Of a stretch of 64,000 nt of DNA, positions 23,290-36,889 are shown in pieces; the first letter of the stretch is position 1; the number at the start of each line of letters is the position of its first letter. Below the pieces are notes generated by a model. The model saw nothing but the letters and a program-made list of their open reading frames with translations, had not been told where the DNA came from and did not search any database. The DNA is from Takakia lepidozioides (taxonomy: Eukaryota; Plantae; Bryophyta). Location: positions 248,001 through 312,000 of the forward strand of contig CM060732.1 in NCBI GenBank assembly GCA_030704615.1. Direction: 5' to 3'. The position numbers and the translations under genes were made by a program.

Positions 23290-24420
23290 CAATAACTGCC
23301 AACGGTATGCAGTCAGAAAGTGGGGGGCCGTCCGGATGATGTCGGCTGAAGGGGAGAAGCCGGCACTGTGCCGTCACATTACTACCCCCGAATGGAAATT
23401 CGGCACCCAATACCCAACAGGGGCCGCACGGATGAAGTCGTCTGGGGCAGAGATGCCGGCACCTGTCCGACAGAAAACATCCCCCGGATGGAAATTCAGC
23501 GCCGAATTTCCATTCGGATCCACCCAAAGGAAGTCCTGTCGGGGGGTCAGGCCGAAAACTGGCTGACCTAAAAACCTCCACGGATGGAAAAACGGTGCCG
23601 AATTTCCATCCGAGGCCTTTCAGATGCAGTCGGCTCGGGGGAAAGGCCGCAATCTGGCCCTCACATTACAACCCCCGGACGGAAATTCGGCACCGAATAT
23701 ACAACAGGGGAAGCCCGAATGAAGTCGCCTCGGGCGCAGAGGCCGACGCGTGTGCGACAGAGAACATCCCCTGGATGGACATTCGGCGCCGAATTTCCAT
23801 CCGGGCCCCCCAAAGGAAGTCGTGTCGGGGGTCAGGCCGAAAACTGGCCGGCATGAAAACATCCGCAGATGGAAAAAACGGCGCCGAATTTCCATCCGGG
23901 GCGGTTCGGATGCAATCGGGGAGGGGGGAGAGGCCGGCACCTGGCCGTCACATTTCAACCCCCGGACGGAAATTCGGCACCGAATATCCAGCAGGGGACG
24001 CCCGGATGAAGTCGCCTCGGGCGTAGAGGCCGGCACGTGTTCGACAGAGAGCATCCCCTATATGGAGATTCGGCGCCGAATTTCCATCCGGGCCCCCCCA
24101 AAGGAAGTCGTGTCGGGGGGTCAGGCCGAAAACTGGCCGACATAAAAACCTCCCCAGATGGAAAAACGGCGCCGAATTTCCATCCGGGGCCGTTCCAATG
24201 CAGTCAAGGAGGGGGGAGAGGCCGGCACCTGGCCGTCATATTTCAACCCTCGGACGGAAATTCGGCACCGAATATCCAACAGAGCGGCGGAGAGGCCGGC
24301 ACCTCTCCGACAGAGACCATCCCCCGGATGGAAATTCGGCGCCGAATTTCCATCGGGGCCCCCTCAAAGGAAGTCGTAAAAACCTCCCAGAATGGAAAAA
24401 CGGCGCCGAATTTCCGTCCG
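23290..24420. repeat. ~287-bp tandem repeat (~3.8 units), several GAAATTCGGCGCCGAATTTC palindromes per unit
   Basis: GTCAGGCCGAAAACTGG recurs at 23546, 23831 and 24120. Confidence 0.9.
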
Positions 24421-24544
24421 AGGTTGTTCCGATTTGCCTCTAGCAGTCAAGGATTCCAAGAAAAACGTGTCTACAAGTGCACTTCAGCCACCAAACAAAC
24501 AGTTAGGTTTGTTTTTCTCCGAAAAATCAATCGGACACGCTCAG

Positions 24545-25600
24545 AATTACCTGCAGGAAGGTAATTCAGCGATTCGAAATACCTGGCGAATGGAAATTCG
24601 GCGCCGAATATCCATACGCCAACGATCCGACTTACCTGCTGGATGGGAATTCGGCGCCGGATTTCCATCCATCCGGGATTCGAGTTACCTTCAGGATGGA
24701 AATTCGGCGCCGGATTTCCATCCAACCGGGATTCGAATTACCTGTAGGATGGAAATTCGGCGCCGGATTTCCATCCATCCGGGATTCGAATTACCTGCAG
24801 GATGGAAATTCGGCGACGGATCTCCATCCATCCGCTATCCGACCAACCTTGCGGATGGAAATCCGGCCTCGGATTTCCATCCATCTGCCTCCGAATTACC
24901 TGCTTGAGGGAAATTTCGCGCGCCGCCCGACCTGCGCGGATGGAAATCCGGCGCCGGATTTCCATCCATCCGCTTCGGAATTACTTGCGTGAGGGAAATT
25001 TGGCGCGCCGCCCTACCTGCGCAGATGGAAATCCGGCGTCGGATTTCCATCCATCCGCTTCCGAATTACCTGCGTGAGGGAAATTTGGCGCGCCGCCCTA
25101 CCGAATTTGCAACGCCGACTTACCTGGAGGATGGAAATCCGGCACCGGATTTCCATCCATCCGCGCTCCGAATTACCTGCATGATGGAAATTTTGCGCGC
25201 CGACCTACCTGGCGGATAGAAATGCGGCGCCGGATTTCCATCCATCCGCACTTCGAATTACCTGCATGACGGAAATTTTGCGCGCCGACTTACCTGGCGG
25301 ATGGAAATCCGGCACCGGATTTCCATCCATCCGCTCTTCGAATTACCTGCATGACGGAAATTTTGCGCGCCGACTTACCTGGAGGATGGAAATTCGTCGC
25401 TGGATTTCCATCCATCCGCGCTCCGAATTACCTGCATGACGGAAATTTTGTACCTGGCGGATGGAAATCATGCGCCGGATTTCCATCCATCCGCTCTTCG
25501 AATTACCTGCATGATGGAAATTTTGCGCGCCGACTTACCTGGCGGATGGAAATCCGGCGCCGGATTTCCATCCATCCGCTCTTCGAATTACCTGCATGAC
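24545..25600. repeat. 53-bp minisatellite grading into an 85-bp minisatellite (hairpin GGATGGAAATCCGGCGCCGGATTTCCATCC)
   Basis: Unit starts at 24641, 24694, 24747, 24800 (53 bp), then 24853, 24938, 25023 and 25214, 25299, 25384 (85 bp). Confidence 0.93.
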
Positions 25601-26122
25601 TAGAAAAATGGCGCCGAATTTCCGATTTTGGTGCCAGTCAGATCTGGGACTTAGCCATTTTTGGCCCCTAATTGGAAAAATGGCGCCGAAGAAAAAAAAA
25701 AAAAAAAAAAAAAAACGCCATTTTTCTTGTTCGGGGCCGAAAACGGCTAAGTCCCAGATCTGACTGGCACCCAAAATCGGAAATTCGGCGCCATTTTTCC
25801 AGTTCTGGGCCCAGTCAAATCTGGGACTTAGCCATTTTCTTCCCTGAAATGGAAAAATGGCTAAGTCCCTACGATGGCTGGAACCGCAACTGGAAATTCG
25901 GCACCATTTTTCCAGTTCCGTGCCCTATCAGATCTGGGACTTAGCCATTTTCGGCCCCGAACTGGAAAAATGGCGCCATTTTTCCAGTTCGGGGCCGAAA
26001 ATGGCTAAGTCCCTAGGGTGGCTGGCACCAAAATCGGAAATTCGGCGCCATTTTTCCAGTTCCGGGCCCAGTCAGATCTGGGACTTAGCCATTTTCGGCC
26101 CCGAATTAGAAAAAAGGCACAG

Positions 26123-26178
<56 letters not shown>

Positions 26179-26310
26179 GCCATTTTTTCAGTTCGGGGCC
26201 GAAAACGGCTAAGTCCCAAATCTGACTGGCACCAAAATCGGAAATTCGGCGCCAGTTTTCCAGTTCTGGGCCTAGTCAGATCTGGGACTTCGCCATTTTC
26301 GGCCCCGAAC
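25600..26310. repeat. Alternating inverted repeats (CAGATCTGGGACTTAGCCATTTT / AAAATGGCTAAGTCCC) separated by poly-A tracts
   Basis: About 5 units, fold-back layout, each with a GGCGCC palindrome. A-runs at 25692-25715 and 26123-26177. Confidence 0.9.
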
Positions 26311-26436
26311 TGGAAAAATGGTTTTTTTCTCTCTTTTTTTTTTTCTTTTTTTTTTCTTTTTCGTGGCGTTTTTATTTCATTGAAAGACCGTTTCTGCTTC
26401 TGCTGGTATTGACATTCTTCAAGTGGATTTGTTCTT

Positions 26437-26789
26437 ACTGTAGGAGGGACGTCTACACCGCAGTTCATGGGCAGGAGGAACGTGCATTTTTTTGCCAGGG
26501 GGAATTTCATGCCTAGTCCAGAAAGGGACTACATCCTTCCTACTTATGTTGCCCGGCTTGCTTCGGTGTCCATTAGGAGGTGTTCCGAACCTAGTCGTGT
26601 ACAGCAGATTTTAGACGAGGCAAGCCTCAAGAAAATGAAGATGAGGGAGGAGGCAGCAGCTATTAGAGCCCGTCAGGTTTGTAGATTTGTCTTGGATTCA
26701 GCTGAGGAAAGTGGGGGAGAAGATGCAGAAGATTCCCAGGAGGTGAGATGGACAGTCCCCCAAGAGGACGGGATTTTTGAGAGGCATAG
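26437..26789 (+). pseudogene. C-terminal tail exon of the MTase-like gene, copy 3 (continues at 33593-33683 after the Gypsy insertion)
   Basis: HFFARGNFMPSPERDYILPTYVARLA...IRRC...RFVLDSAEES...VRWTVPQEDGIF aligns with PFFARADFMKSPVKDYSLPSYAAKLA and PFFARKSFLASPHKPFFLPAYA. Confidence 0.82.
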
Positions 26790-28339
26790 TGTCGCGCACC
26801 TCCCTTCGGTAAGCTCCCCTTCACGTCATAGTTACTCGCTTTGATGCGCGCGCCTGACTCCCAACCTGGCCGCCGGGCCAACTTGGAGCTTCGGCTACTC
26901 ACCGGGACATAACGGTCCCCCTTCGCTCCCCACTAAACCCTCCACCTATTTGGGACTAGTGGAATTCCCTTTGGTAGATGGCAGTCCGGAACAGCTCCCC
27001 ACTCTTTGGTCGCTTTCCGGCTCGCTCGCTTACTCACTAGATTTTGGTCACCAACGGGCTTGCACCGTTCTCGGGGTTACTACTCCCTATATATACTTCT
27101 ATAGCTGTCCGCGGGGGTTTCACAACCAGCCATGCCATTTTATGGCGAACCACCACGAAAACCCTCGACTCCCGGTGATGAGTCGCGGTGAGTCTTGGCC
27201 CGCTCACCACGGCCCCTATGGACCGTGATGAGTCCCAAGACTCCCCACGACTCCCACCACGAGGTCTCCGCCCCCATGGTGAGTCTTATGCCACCCCCAC
27301 TAAGTCCCGCTAAGCTACCACCACCCCTTGTGGAGCCACCCCCACCGCAACCCGGTGTGCGGGGCTCCACCTAGTGAGCGCCACCGCCTCCTTGAGTGCC
27401 TTGGGCACTCAAGGGTGCTTCAGCCCCCCATACCTATCGCTGCCGCTGCCCCCACCACAGGGGCAGCCCCTCATGTGTCCCGACCCCCTGCCCTCAAGGC
27501 AAAGGGCCGCGACACACACCCCTACCAACAGGGAGTCGATGTCCTCATCGACTTGTCCATTTTGTAGAAACGAACATCCAAGTTGTGGCGTCCCACATCA
27601 AGGAGTTTGTTTCCGTACCATGGCGTCCCATGGCAAAGAACCAAACCCCACACTTGACTCTACTCTCCACTAGCTAGTTCGGCCGACTTCCTCCAAGTCC
27701 CGGCCAAGGGTGGAGCCTCTCCAGCTCCTCCCAGTGCACTCTTCTTGGCCTACTTCAAGGCCAAGGAACGATCCTCCCCGAGGATCGAATCGCCTTACTG
27801 CAACAACATTGCTTGCGATCGCTCATGATGCCGCTTTTGGCATCACCTTGAGCAAGGGTTCACCTAGAACCCTCTTTGACTAGGAAGATAACCTTGAACC
27901 AACCGTGCGCCCCAATCACTACAATTGGGTCCGCCTTGGAATGCTGGCCTGAGGTACGGGAACACGCCGAAGCCGCACTACGACTTCGTCCCGAGGCTAC
28001 ACGATTATAGTACGTGAACGGAAAGCACGTAGCTTCCGCGTTAGCCCGCACTACAAGGAAACCCCCTCGGTAGTGCGGTTATAGTACGCGCACGCGCCAG
28101 GTGCGCACTAGCACGTGAACTCCCAAAGAAGGCGCAAGTTTCCTTGCCCCTTGGATGGGGGTCACCCGATTTCGGCACTACGCAAACACACGATTAACCC
28201 AATTTACCTCTCCCACTTTTATAAGCTAGCATGCATTCTACACACTAGCCAACCATACCATGCATCACCATTCCAAACAAAATAGGACGCACAACATTTG
28301 GAACCCATTTCCTTTATAACAAATTTTTGTACAATTTTT

Positions 28340-31300
28340 GCCTCCACATGATGATAGCCCTTCCATTTGACGAGATACTCCGTTTCTCGATTCCTAAACG
28401 TCCTCGATTTAAGTATTGCCTCCACCTCGTACTCAGGTTCATTTTCATGATCCAACAGCATAGGTGGCGGACGCAACACTTGATGCCGATTCGGACGCGC
28501 TTCATATTTGAAGTAAGGCTTCAAAAGGGAGACATGGAATATTGGGTGCACCTTGCTGTTTGCCGGCAGCTCCAATTCATACACATCCTCATTCATAACC
28601 TTCCGAATGCGAAAGGGTCCCGCATACGGAGGTACGAACTTCGGACTCACTTCCGGAGGTAGTCGGAAATTCTTGATGTTCAACCAGACCTCTGTGCCTG
28701 CCTCAAACTTCACTTCCCTCCGCTTCCGATTCGCCTGCCTTTCATACCGTTTCCTAGCTTTGGCAATATTGTACTTTGCAAGCTTCAACAAACGCTCGCG
28801 TTCTTCCAGTACCGCCGCTACTGCCGGTTCCTCAACGTCATGGGCGGCCCAACATGTCGGCACCAGAGGTGCTTTTCCATAGACCAATACAAAAGGGGAA
28901 ACTCCCGTTGCGGAGTGTTCTGTGTTATTATAACAGAACTCTGCCGCGTCTAAGTGTTCCATCCAGTCTGATTGGTCTGCCGACACGTAATTCCGCAAGA
29001 ATTGCTTCACTACGGAATTCACTCTTTCCGTTTGGCCGTCCGTCGTAGGTCGGAAGGCGGTGCTCATCTTCAGCCTCGTCCCCATCTTCTTCCAAAGTGT
29101 CCTCCAAAATTTACTCGTAAACTTTGGATCGCGGTCCGAGACAATATCCTTCGGGACTCCATGATGCTTTAAGACGTGGGCGAAGTAAAGTCGCCCTGTC
29201 TCCTGCGCCGTTGTCGTCTCCTTGGTGGGGATGAAATGGCCCATTTTACTGAACCTATCCACCACCACCATGATTGCATCGAATCCTTTTGACAGCGGCA
29301 TAGCAGTCATGAAATCCATCGAGACGCTTTCCCAAGTCCCCTCTGGAATCGGCAAAGGTTGTAACAGCCCCGATTGCTTTTTGTACTCACTCCGGTTTTG
29401 TTGGCATGTGGTGCATGTCTTGACATACTCCTCTGCCTCCTCCCTCAGTTTGGGCCAGAAATACTCTTTCTTCAAGAGTGCCGCAGTGCGCTTGGCTCCG
29501 CCGTGGCCCGCAAGCGGGCTATCATGGCATTCTCTCAAGAGGCTATCTCTGATCCCTCCCTTCGGCATGTAGAGATGCTTTTGCTTATACCGGAGCAGTC
29601 CATTTTGCAAGTGGAACTGCGATTTACCCCCCATCCTCAAGTCCTGCATCACGGACTTCGCCAGCTCATCCTTCCGGCATACTTATCACATGTGCCACTG
29701 CCATCACCTTTTTCCTCTCAGCTTCAGTTATAGGACACAGACAAGGAGCTGCTGCTTTCTACTTAAAGCATCGGCCACCACATTGTCCCGTCCCGGTTTG
29801 TACTGGATATCCACGTCGAACACCGCCAAAGTATCTTGCCACCTAAGTTGTTTTGGGGATAACTTGGGCTGCGTGGCAAAATACTTCACTGTGACATTGT
29901 CCGTGAACACCTTCACTGGGTTGGAACCAACATAGTGGCGCCAAAGCTCGAGGCAATGCACCACCGCCTTCATCTCTTTTTCGTGCGTCGGCCACCGTCG
30001 CTCCACTTCATTCAGTTTCTTACTTTCGTAAGCCACTGGACGTCCATCTTGCATAAGTACACCCCCAATCGCGAAGTCCGACGCATCTGTATGAATCTCA
30101 AATGGACGATCGAACTCCGGGATTTTCAAGAGCTTCCGCCATCCGCTGCTTCAATTCAGCAAAAGCTTGGCCACAAAATGTATTCCATACCCAGACTTTG
30201 GATTTACACAGAAGGTCCAACAGCGGCCCCGCGATCTTGGCAAAATTTCTCACATACTTCCGGTAATAGGAGGCGAGTCCTAGGAAGGATCGCACTCCCG
30301 GGACCGCCCAGTCCAAGATCGCCCTCACCTTTCTGTCATCCATTTTGATCCCATCCTGTGTAATCACATGCCCCAAGAACTCCACTTTTGTGACCCCGAA
30401 TTTGCACTTTGAAGCTTTGGCATACAGCTTCCCTTCTCGCAATTTTTGGAACACCCTTTTGAGGTGCTCCAGGTGCTCCTCCTTTGTTTTTGAGTACACC
30501 AAGATGTCGTCGATGTACACGATCACAAAGTCATCCAACCACTCTTGAAAAAGGCTGTTCATCAGCGTGCTAAATGTCGCTGGTGCATTGGTGAGCCCAA
30601 AAGGCATCACCAAGAACTCATATGAACCATACCTTGTCCTGCACGCGGTCTTCTCCTCATCTCCTTCCGCCACCCAAATTTGATGATAGCCGGAGCGCAA
30701 GTCGATCCGGCTGAAATACTTCGCTCCTGCCAACCGATCGAAGAGGTCGTCGATCCTTGGCAAAGGGTACCGGTTTTTTATAGTCACCTTATTCAGAGCC
30801 CTGTAATCGACACACATCCGCAGCGTCCCATCCTTCTTGTCTGCGAATAGCACCGGGGCTCCGTAAGGTGACTTACTCGGTCGGATGTACCCCTTTGACA
30901 TTAGATCCTTGAGCTGAGTCTTCAGCTCGACCAACTCCCTGTGGCTCAACCGGTAGGGTGCCTTGGCAGGCGGTTCCGTTCCCGGTATCACCTCAATCTT
31001 GTGGTCAACTCCTCTTCGCGATGGCAAGCCGCTTGGTAAATCCTCCGGCATCACATCCTGGTATTTCTCCAAAATCCCCTTGATCCAATCTGGGCTCGGC
31101 TCCCCATCGCCTTCTCCCTTCACTTCTCTAATGTAAAGCAAAAACTGGGGTTCATGTGCCTCCTCCACGGCCCACTCCCTTGCTGACAGAAGGTTTATTC
31201 GCCCTCCCACGGATTTGGGCGTTTCCGACACTCGTAAGACCTCGTCACCATTCCCACATGACAGCGTGACTACTCTCTTGCGGCCATCTATGACCGCTCC

Positions 31301-32811
31301 GGATTTGCTCAAAAAGGTCATCCCCAAAATGAGATCTACTCCATCGATCTCGCAGATGGTGAAGTTCTCACGTCCCTCCCAACTCCCCAGTTGAAGAGGA
31401 ACATCAAACGCCAACCTTGTCGCCAACTGTGGTTCTCCTTTGGCAGAACGCACCTCAATAGAGGCCCCCACGTCACTTGTCGGGAGTCCCAGCTTTTGTG
31501 TCGTTGCCGGTGTCATGAAGGAGTGCGACGCTCCTGTGTCCACCAACAACGACACATTAGTTCCGGATATTATCCCATCCACGAACAATAACTGACTCCC
31601 TTTTCGTAAGGCGCCAGTTTCCTGATACAACTCACAAGAAAATTTGCCTACCTTGCAAGTCCTGGCGACCACCGCTTCCACCAAGCGACTGATGGTATCT
31701 TCCGACAGCTCCGTGGTCGCCCGAGTCATGTTCAATTGTCGGGGCTTCGTGCACTTCTTGGCCATTTGCCCGGCTCCCCTCAATTGAAACACACTCCATC
31801 AAAGGTCGCCTTCTGTCCGCCATAAGCCGCTCCACCCGCTTTTCCTTTCGAAGCACCGGGTGCCGCCTTGACGTGTGAAGGCCCTCCCTTTGATTTCCAC
31901 GTGCCATTGTCGCCGCGTGGCCTATCCCACTTCTTTTCCGGTCGGAAGGAGTCACCTTCCCGCCGGGTCTTCTTGTGGTTCAGCTCCGTACGGCCTTGTC
32001 TCTCACCCCTAGGGACATCCGAGAAACATTCAGCCCTCTCAATTGCCTCGTTCAAAGTCTTGGGTGGCTTCTCCTCCAACTTCCGCCTGGCCCATAGGGC
32101 CAGTCCCGCCACAAAGTTGAAGACCATTTCTGGTTCTTCCATGTCCGCGACTTCGAGCAACAGCACATTGAAAGCCTGGACATACCCCCGAATGTCATCT
32201 GTTTGCTTCAAATTCCTCATCTTGTCCCGGGCAAGCCAGGACGCGTTGAGGGGCACAAACTGTCTCTTCATCAATTCCTTGAACCCACTCCAGTCCAAGG
32301 TTTCCGGGCTTGGACCTCGGTCGTGAAGGCGTTTCTGCCACCATTGTTGAGCATAGCCCCTCAAATAGGTGGGAGCCACTTCCACCCGATCCTCGTCACT
32401 CAACTTGACCGCCCGGAAGTACTGCTCTAGCTCCAGGAGCCAGGTGTTGAGTGCCTTCCGATTTCGGACGCCCTCGAAGGTGCCGGGTTCCTTAGGCTTC
32501 ACCTTAAACTTTGCCTTAGTGGAAGTGGCATTAGCCGCCTTCAACACGTCTTTCAACGTCCCGCCAAACTGCGCCAACAACCCTTCCCAAAAGGCTGCCG
32601 GCATGGGAGGCATCTCTTGGTTTGTCGGAGCTCTCAAGGATTCCTCGGGCTCCGACTCCTCGGATTCCTCCCGCTCTTGAGCGGCCTCGTTTTCGGAAAC
32701 ATGCATCGCTTCCTCAAATGGCCGCCTCGGTGACACGTCGCCCCCATCGGGCTCACCGGGATCATCATCTTTTGGGCCGTTCCGCTTTCGCTTCGGCTTG
32801 CCCGACCCCAT
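28340..32811 (-). pseudogene. gag-pol of copy A (gag, CCHC, protease, RT, RNase H, integrase, truncated chromodomain)
   Basis: [32 protein letters not shown] zinc finger, SMDF/SDRD/DGQTER, GPF, EYEVEAIL...EYLVKWKGY. Frameshifts and deletions. Confidence 0.97.
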
Positions 32812-32852
32812 GATGAGGCCAATCCCAAGGACGATCGCATACTGAACTCTAC

Positions 32853-32864
32853 GCTCTGATACCA
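32853..32864 (-). promoter_or_regulatory. Primer binding site (tRNA-iMet)
   Basis: TGGTATCAGAGC two bases after the 5' LTR. Confidence 0.95.
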
Positions 32865-33799
32865 AGTGTCGCGCACCTCCCTTCGGTAAGCTCCCCTTCA
32901 CGTCATAGTTACTCGCTTTGATGCGCGCGCCTGACTCCCAACCTGGCCGCCCGGGCCAACTTGGAGCTTCGGCTGCTCACCGGGACATAACGGTCCCCCT
33001 TCGCTCCCCACTAAACCCTCCACCTATTTGGGACTAGTGGAATTCCCTTTGGTAGATGGCAGTCCGGAACAGCTCCCCACTCTTTGGTCGCTTTCCAGCT
33101 CGCTCGCTTACTCACTAGATTTTGGTCACCAACGGGCTTGCACCGTTCTCGGGGTTACTACTCCCTATATATACTTCTGTAGCTGTCCGCGGGGGTTTCA
33201 CAACCAGCCATGCCATTTTATGGCGAACCACCACGAAAACCCTCGACTCCCGGTGATGAGTCGCGGTGAGTCTTGGCCCGCTCACCACGGCCCCTATGGA
33301 CCGTGATGAGTCCCAAGACTCCTCACGACTCCCAGCACGAGGTCTCCGCCCCCATGGTGAGTCCTATGTCACCCCCACTAAGTCCCGCTAAGCTACCACC
33401 ACCCCTTGTGGAGCCACCCCCACCGCAACCCGGTGTGCGGGGCTCCACCTAGTGAGCGCCTCCGCCTCCTTGAGTGCCTTGGGCACTCAAGGGTGCTTCA
33501 GCCCCCCATACCTATTGCTGCCGCTGCCCCCACCACAGGGGCAGCCCCTCATGTGTCCCGACCCCCTGCCCTCAAGGCAAAGGGCCGCGACACATAGTGG
33601 AACTGATGCATCACAGAACTCGGAGGATGAGGGGGATGAGGGGGATGAGGAAGAAGGTGGGGCAAGTTCCTCGGAGGGTGTAGGAGAGTAGTGCCCATGC
33701 CGGCTATGACAGTTAGAACACACTTGTATAGACGTGGCTTGCCACAAAATTTGCAATAAAATGTTACATTTCAAGTCCACTGGTGCCACAATCCAACTT

Positions 33800-33914
33800 C
33801 ACATGACCCTATTCCGTGCCTCCTAACCCTATTTCCGTGGACTCACAATGGTCTGCTCATGCTTTTTTTTTTTCCGCTCATGCTCATGCCGCTCATGAAA
33901 TAGCAGCCCCCCTT
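33800..33914 (-). mobile_element. Putative transposon terminus (CATGAGC type) downstream of MTase-like tail copy 3
   Basis: Reverse complement GGGGGGCTGCTATTTCATGAGCGGCATGAGC...CACGGAAATAGGGTTAGG resembles 56107-56250. Confidence 0.65.
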
Positions 33915-34958
33915 GTTTGTCTAACTGTTTTAACTAATAGTCCTGGCACTTGTCAGTGCGAACGTTCATGTCTGCACCGCGAATACTGGTTGATCCACCC
34001 TCAGAAGAAACTGTCAGGAGATGTTATTTTGTCGCCGAATCCGCCATCATTGTCATACTTAGTGGATATGGAATCACACCTCCCACCTTCATGCATGTAG
34101 CTTGAAACAATACTTTCCACTTCAATGTGCGATTTCCAATCGTCAATGGACTCTGCAGATCCACTTACATGGTGTGTCGCGGCCCTTTGCCTTGAGGGCA
34201 AGGGGGTCGGGACACATGAGGGGTTGCCCCTGTGGTGGGGGCAGCGGCAGCGATAGGTATGGGGGGCTGAAGCACCCTTGAGTGCCCAAGGCACCCAAGG
34301 AGGCGGAGGCACTCACTAGGTGGAGCCCCGCACACCGGGTTGCGGTGGGGGTGGCTCCACAAGGGGTGGTGGTAGCTTAGCGGGACTTAGTGGGGGTGGC
34401 ATAGGACTCACCATGGGGGCGGAGACCTCGTGGTGGGAGTCGTGGGGAGTCTTGGGACTCATCACGGTCCATAGGGGCTATAGTGAGTGGCCCAAGACTC
34501 ACCGCGACTCATCACCGGGAGTCGAGGGTTTTCGTGGTGGTTCGCCATAAAATGGCATGGCTGGTTGTGAAACCCCCGCGGACAGCTACAGAAGTATATA
34601 TAAGGGGAGTAGTGACCCCGAGAACGGTGCAAGCCCGTTGGTGACCAAAACCTAGTGAGTAAGCGAGCGAGCCGGAAAGCGACCAAAGAGTGGGGAGCTG
34701 TTCCGGACTGCCATCTACCAAAGGGAATTCTCCTAGTCCCAAATAGGTGGAGGGTTTAGTGGGAAGCGAAGGGGGACCGTTATGTCCCGGTGAGCAGCCG
34801 AAGCTCCAAGTTGGCCCGGGCGGCCAGGTTGGGAGTCAGGCGCGCGCATCAAAGCGAGTAACTATGACTTGAAGGGGAGCTTATCGAAGTGAGGTGCGCG
34901 ACACTTGGTATCAGAGCTTAGAGTTCAGTACGCGATCGTCCTTGGGATTGGCCTCATC

Positions 34959-35543
34959 ATGGGTCGGGCAAGCCAAAGCGAAAGCGGAACGGCCCAAAAG
35001 ATGATGATCCTGGTGAGCCCGATGGGGGCGACGTGTCACCGAAGCGGCCGTTTGAGGAAGCGACGCAGGTTTCTGAAAGCGAGGCCGCTCAAGAGCGGGA
35101 GGAATCCGCGGAGTCGGAGCCCGAGGAATCCGTGAGAGCTCCGATCGACCAACAGATGCCTCCCATGCCGGCAGCCTTTTGGGAAGGGTTGTTGGCGCAG
35201 TTTGGCGGGACGTAGAAAAAGGGGTTGAAGGCGGCTAATGCCACTTCCACTAAGGCAAAGTTTAAGGTGAAGCCTAAGGAACCCGGCACCTTCGAGGGCG
35301 TCCGAAATCGGAAGGCACTCAACACCTGGCTCCTGGAGCTAGAGCAGTACTTCCGGGTGGCCAAGTTGAGTGACGAGGATCGGGTGGAAGTGGCTCCCAC
35401 CTATTTGAGGGGCTATGCTCAACAATGGTGGCAGAAACGCTTCACGACCGAGGTCCAAGCCCGGAAACCTTGGACTGGAGTGGGTTCAAGGAATTGATGA
35501 AGAGACAGTTTGTGCCCCTCAACGCGTCCTGGCTTGCCCGGGA
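34959..35543 (+). pseudogene. gag N-terminal half of copy B
   Basis: KPKEPGTFEG...WLLELEQYF...AQQWW, homologous to 31780-32811. Confidence 0.95.
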
Positions 35544-35825
35544 CCCGGGGGGTGCACTCTTTATAAACTGTGCGTATCACGTGCGTTCGTCGCCTAATAA
35601 AAAAACCCCCTGTATACGGGTCCTTGGATAATTTATACCCCCTCTGTACATACTTTTTGAAGATTATAAAATCCCCTCCTGTAAATATACAAAAATTTAC
35701 AATTTTTGAAAAGTACCCCCTTCTGTATGTATATTCTCATTTTTCATCATTAAAAATAACCCTCCAATATGTATATGTATGTTTTTATATTATATCGAAT
35801 TTATTCATTTAAAACATAATAAAAT

Positions 35826-36299
35826 CTAACAAATTAATTTAAAAAAATATTTGCATTTGATAAAGTTGTCAAAGACTTTTCGGTCATTTGCATCAAGAAC
35901 ATATGTGTTTGACTTGACATTGTACTTTAAACATGCTAACGCGATAATGGAATCCAAATCAACCATCATGTTATTCGTCAAATCGTACGTATAGACCCCT
36001 CCTCGAATTTTTTGGTACCATGCTAACCCAATCTCCATATGAGAAGGACGCTCCAATAAATCAACAGAATCCCTACATTCTACAAACCGCTTATTGATTT
36101 TCTTCCGCATTCTTTGAACCCTGCCCAAATACCAAGTGCCTTTGGTTGCTCCGCTGTAGGTTTTCCCTGGTCTACCTTTCCTGTTTGTAGTTTGGATCGC
36201 AGTCTCCCCATCAACAAAAAATACAGCACAATCCGAACCCAATCCCAAGCTCGTGGCTTTGTTGCTGGTAGTTGGTTTGTTTTCTCGGCAAAACAACAT
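35826..36299 (-). pseudogene. Probable 3' remnant of the TIR element's own gene (unknown domain)
   Basis: 157-codon open frame in AT-rich DNA ending next to the left subterminus; protein-like composition (WYLGRVQRMRKK). Family not recognised. Confidence 0.5.
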
Positions 36300-36889
36300 C
36301 GATGCACTTCACCCCTCCCTCCACACTAACAATGCGTACATCATGCCTCTGCAGCTACTACTGTGGCTTCCAGTTGACCATCTACCCATCCAGGTTTCTT
36401 GTAGCTATCATTCCACATGGAATCATAGGTAATCTGGAGCTTGGAATCCGCCATCTGGAAATCTAGGGACGACTCTGATAATAGGGAAAAACAGGCTGAA
36501 ATGTGTTGAAGAAGGTACCTTCATTAGCAGTCCCTTGTTCTATCTATTATCTTTTTTTAGGTGCTGTCATGCTACCACCTCGGCAGCAACTTGCAAAGTC
36601 ACTCCAGAGCACCGCAGATCCACCCAACGAGCTAACCTACAGAATTCAACACATATGCTTCAGGGCTAAGTCTGATGAGAGGGAAAAACAGGCTGAAACA
36701 GGTCAAACCAGAAGGTGCCCTCAGGCTGAAATACGTTGAAGAAGGTACCTTTCATCAGCAGTGCCTTGCTTTATCAATTGCGTTGTTGCCGCTGCTGTTT
36801 CCAGTTGACCATCCACCCACATTGTCCCACCATTGACTGGGGTCAGAAAAGTGTCTCATTCCAAAGCTTCTCTTCATCTCTGTGGTGCT

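Larger units (their letters stand above)
26790..33592 (-). mobile_element. Full-length Ty3/Gypsy chromovirus, copy A
   Basis: LTRs 26790-27514 (3') and 32867-33592 (5') with TG...CA ends; TSD CATAG; PBS at 32853-32864; purine-rich tract adjacent to 27515. Confidence 0.98.

Noticed and set aside
23290-26310. Many overlapping ORFs (MEIRRRISI..., poly-K/poly-F)
   Set aside because: Translation artefacts of tandem palindromic repeats and poly-A tracts.
27330-27680. ORFs spanning the LTR/3' leader (also 45440-45790)
   Set aside because: GC-rich LTR read-through; frames differ between copies; no recognisable env or other domain.
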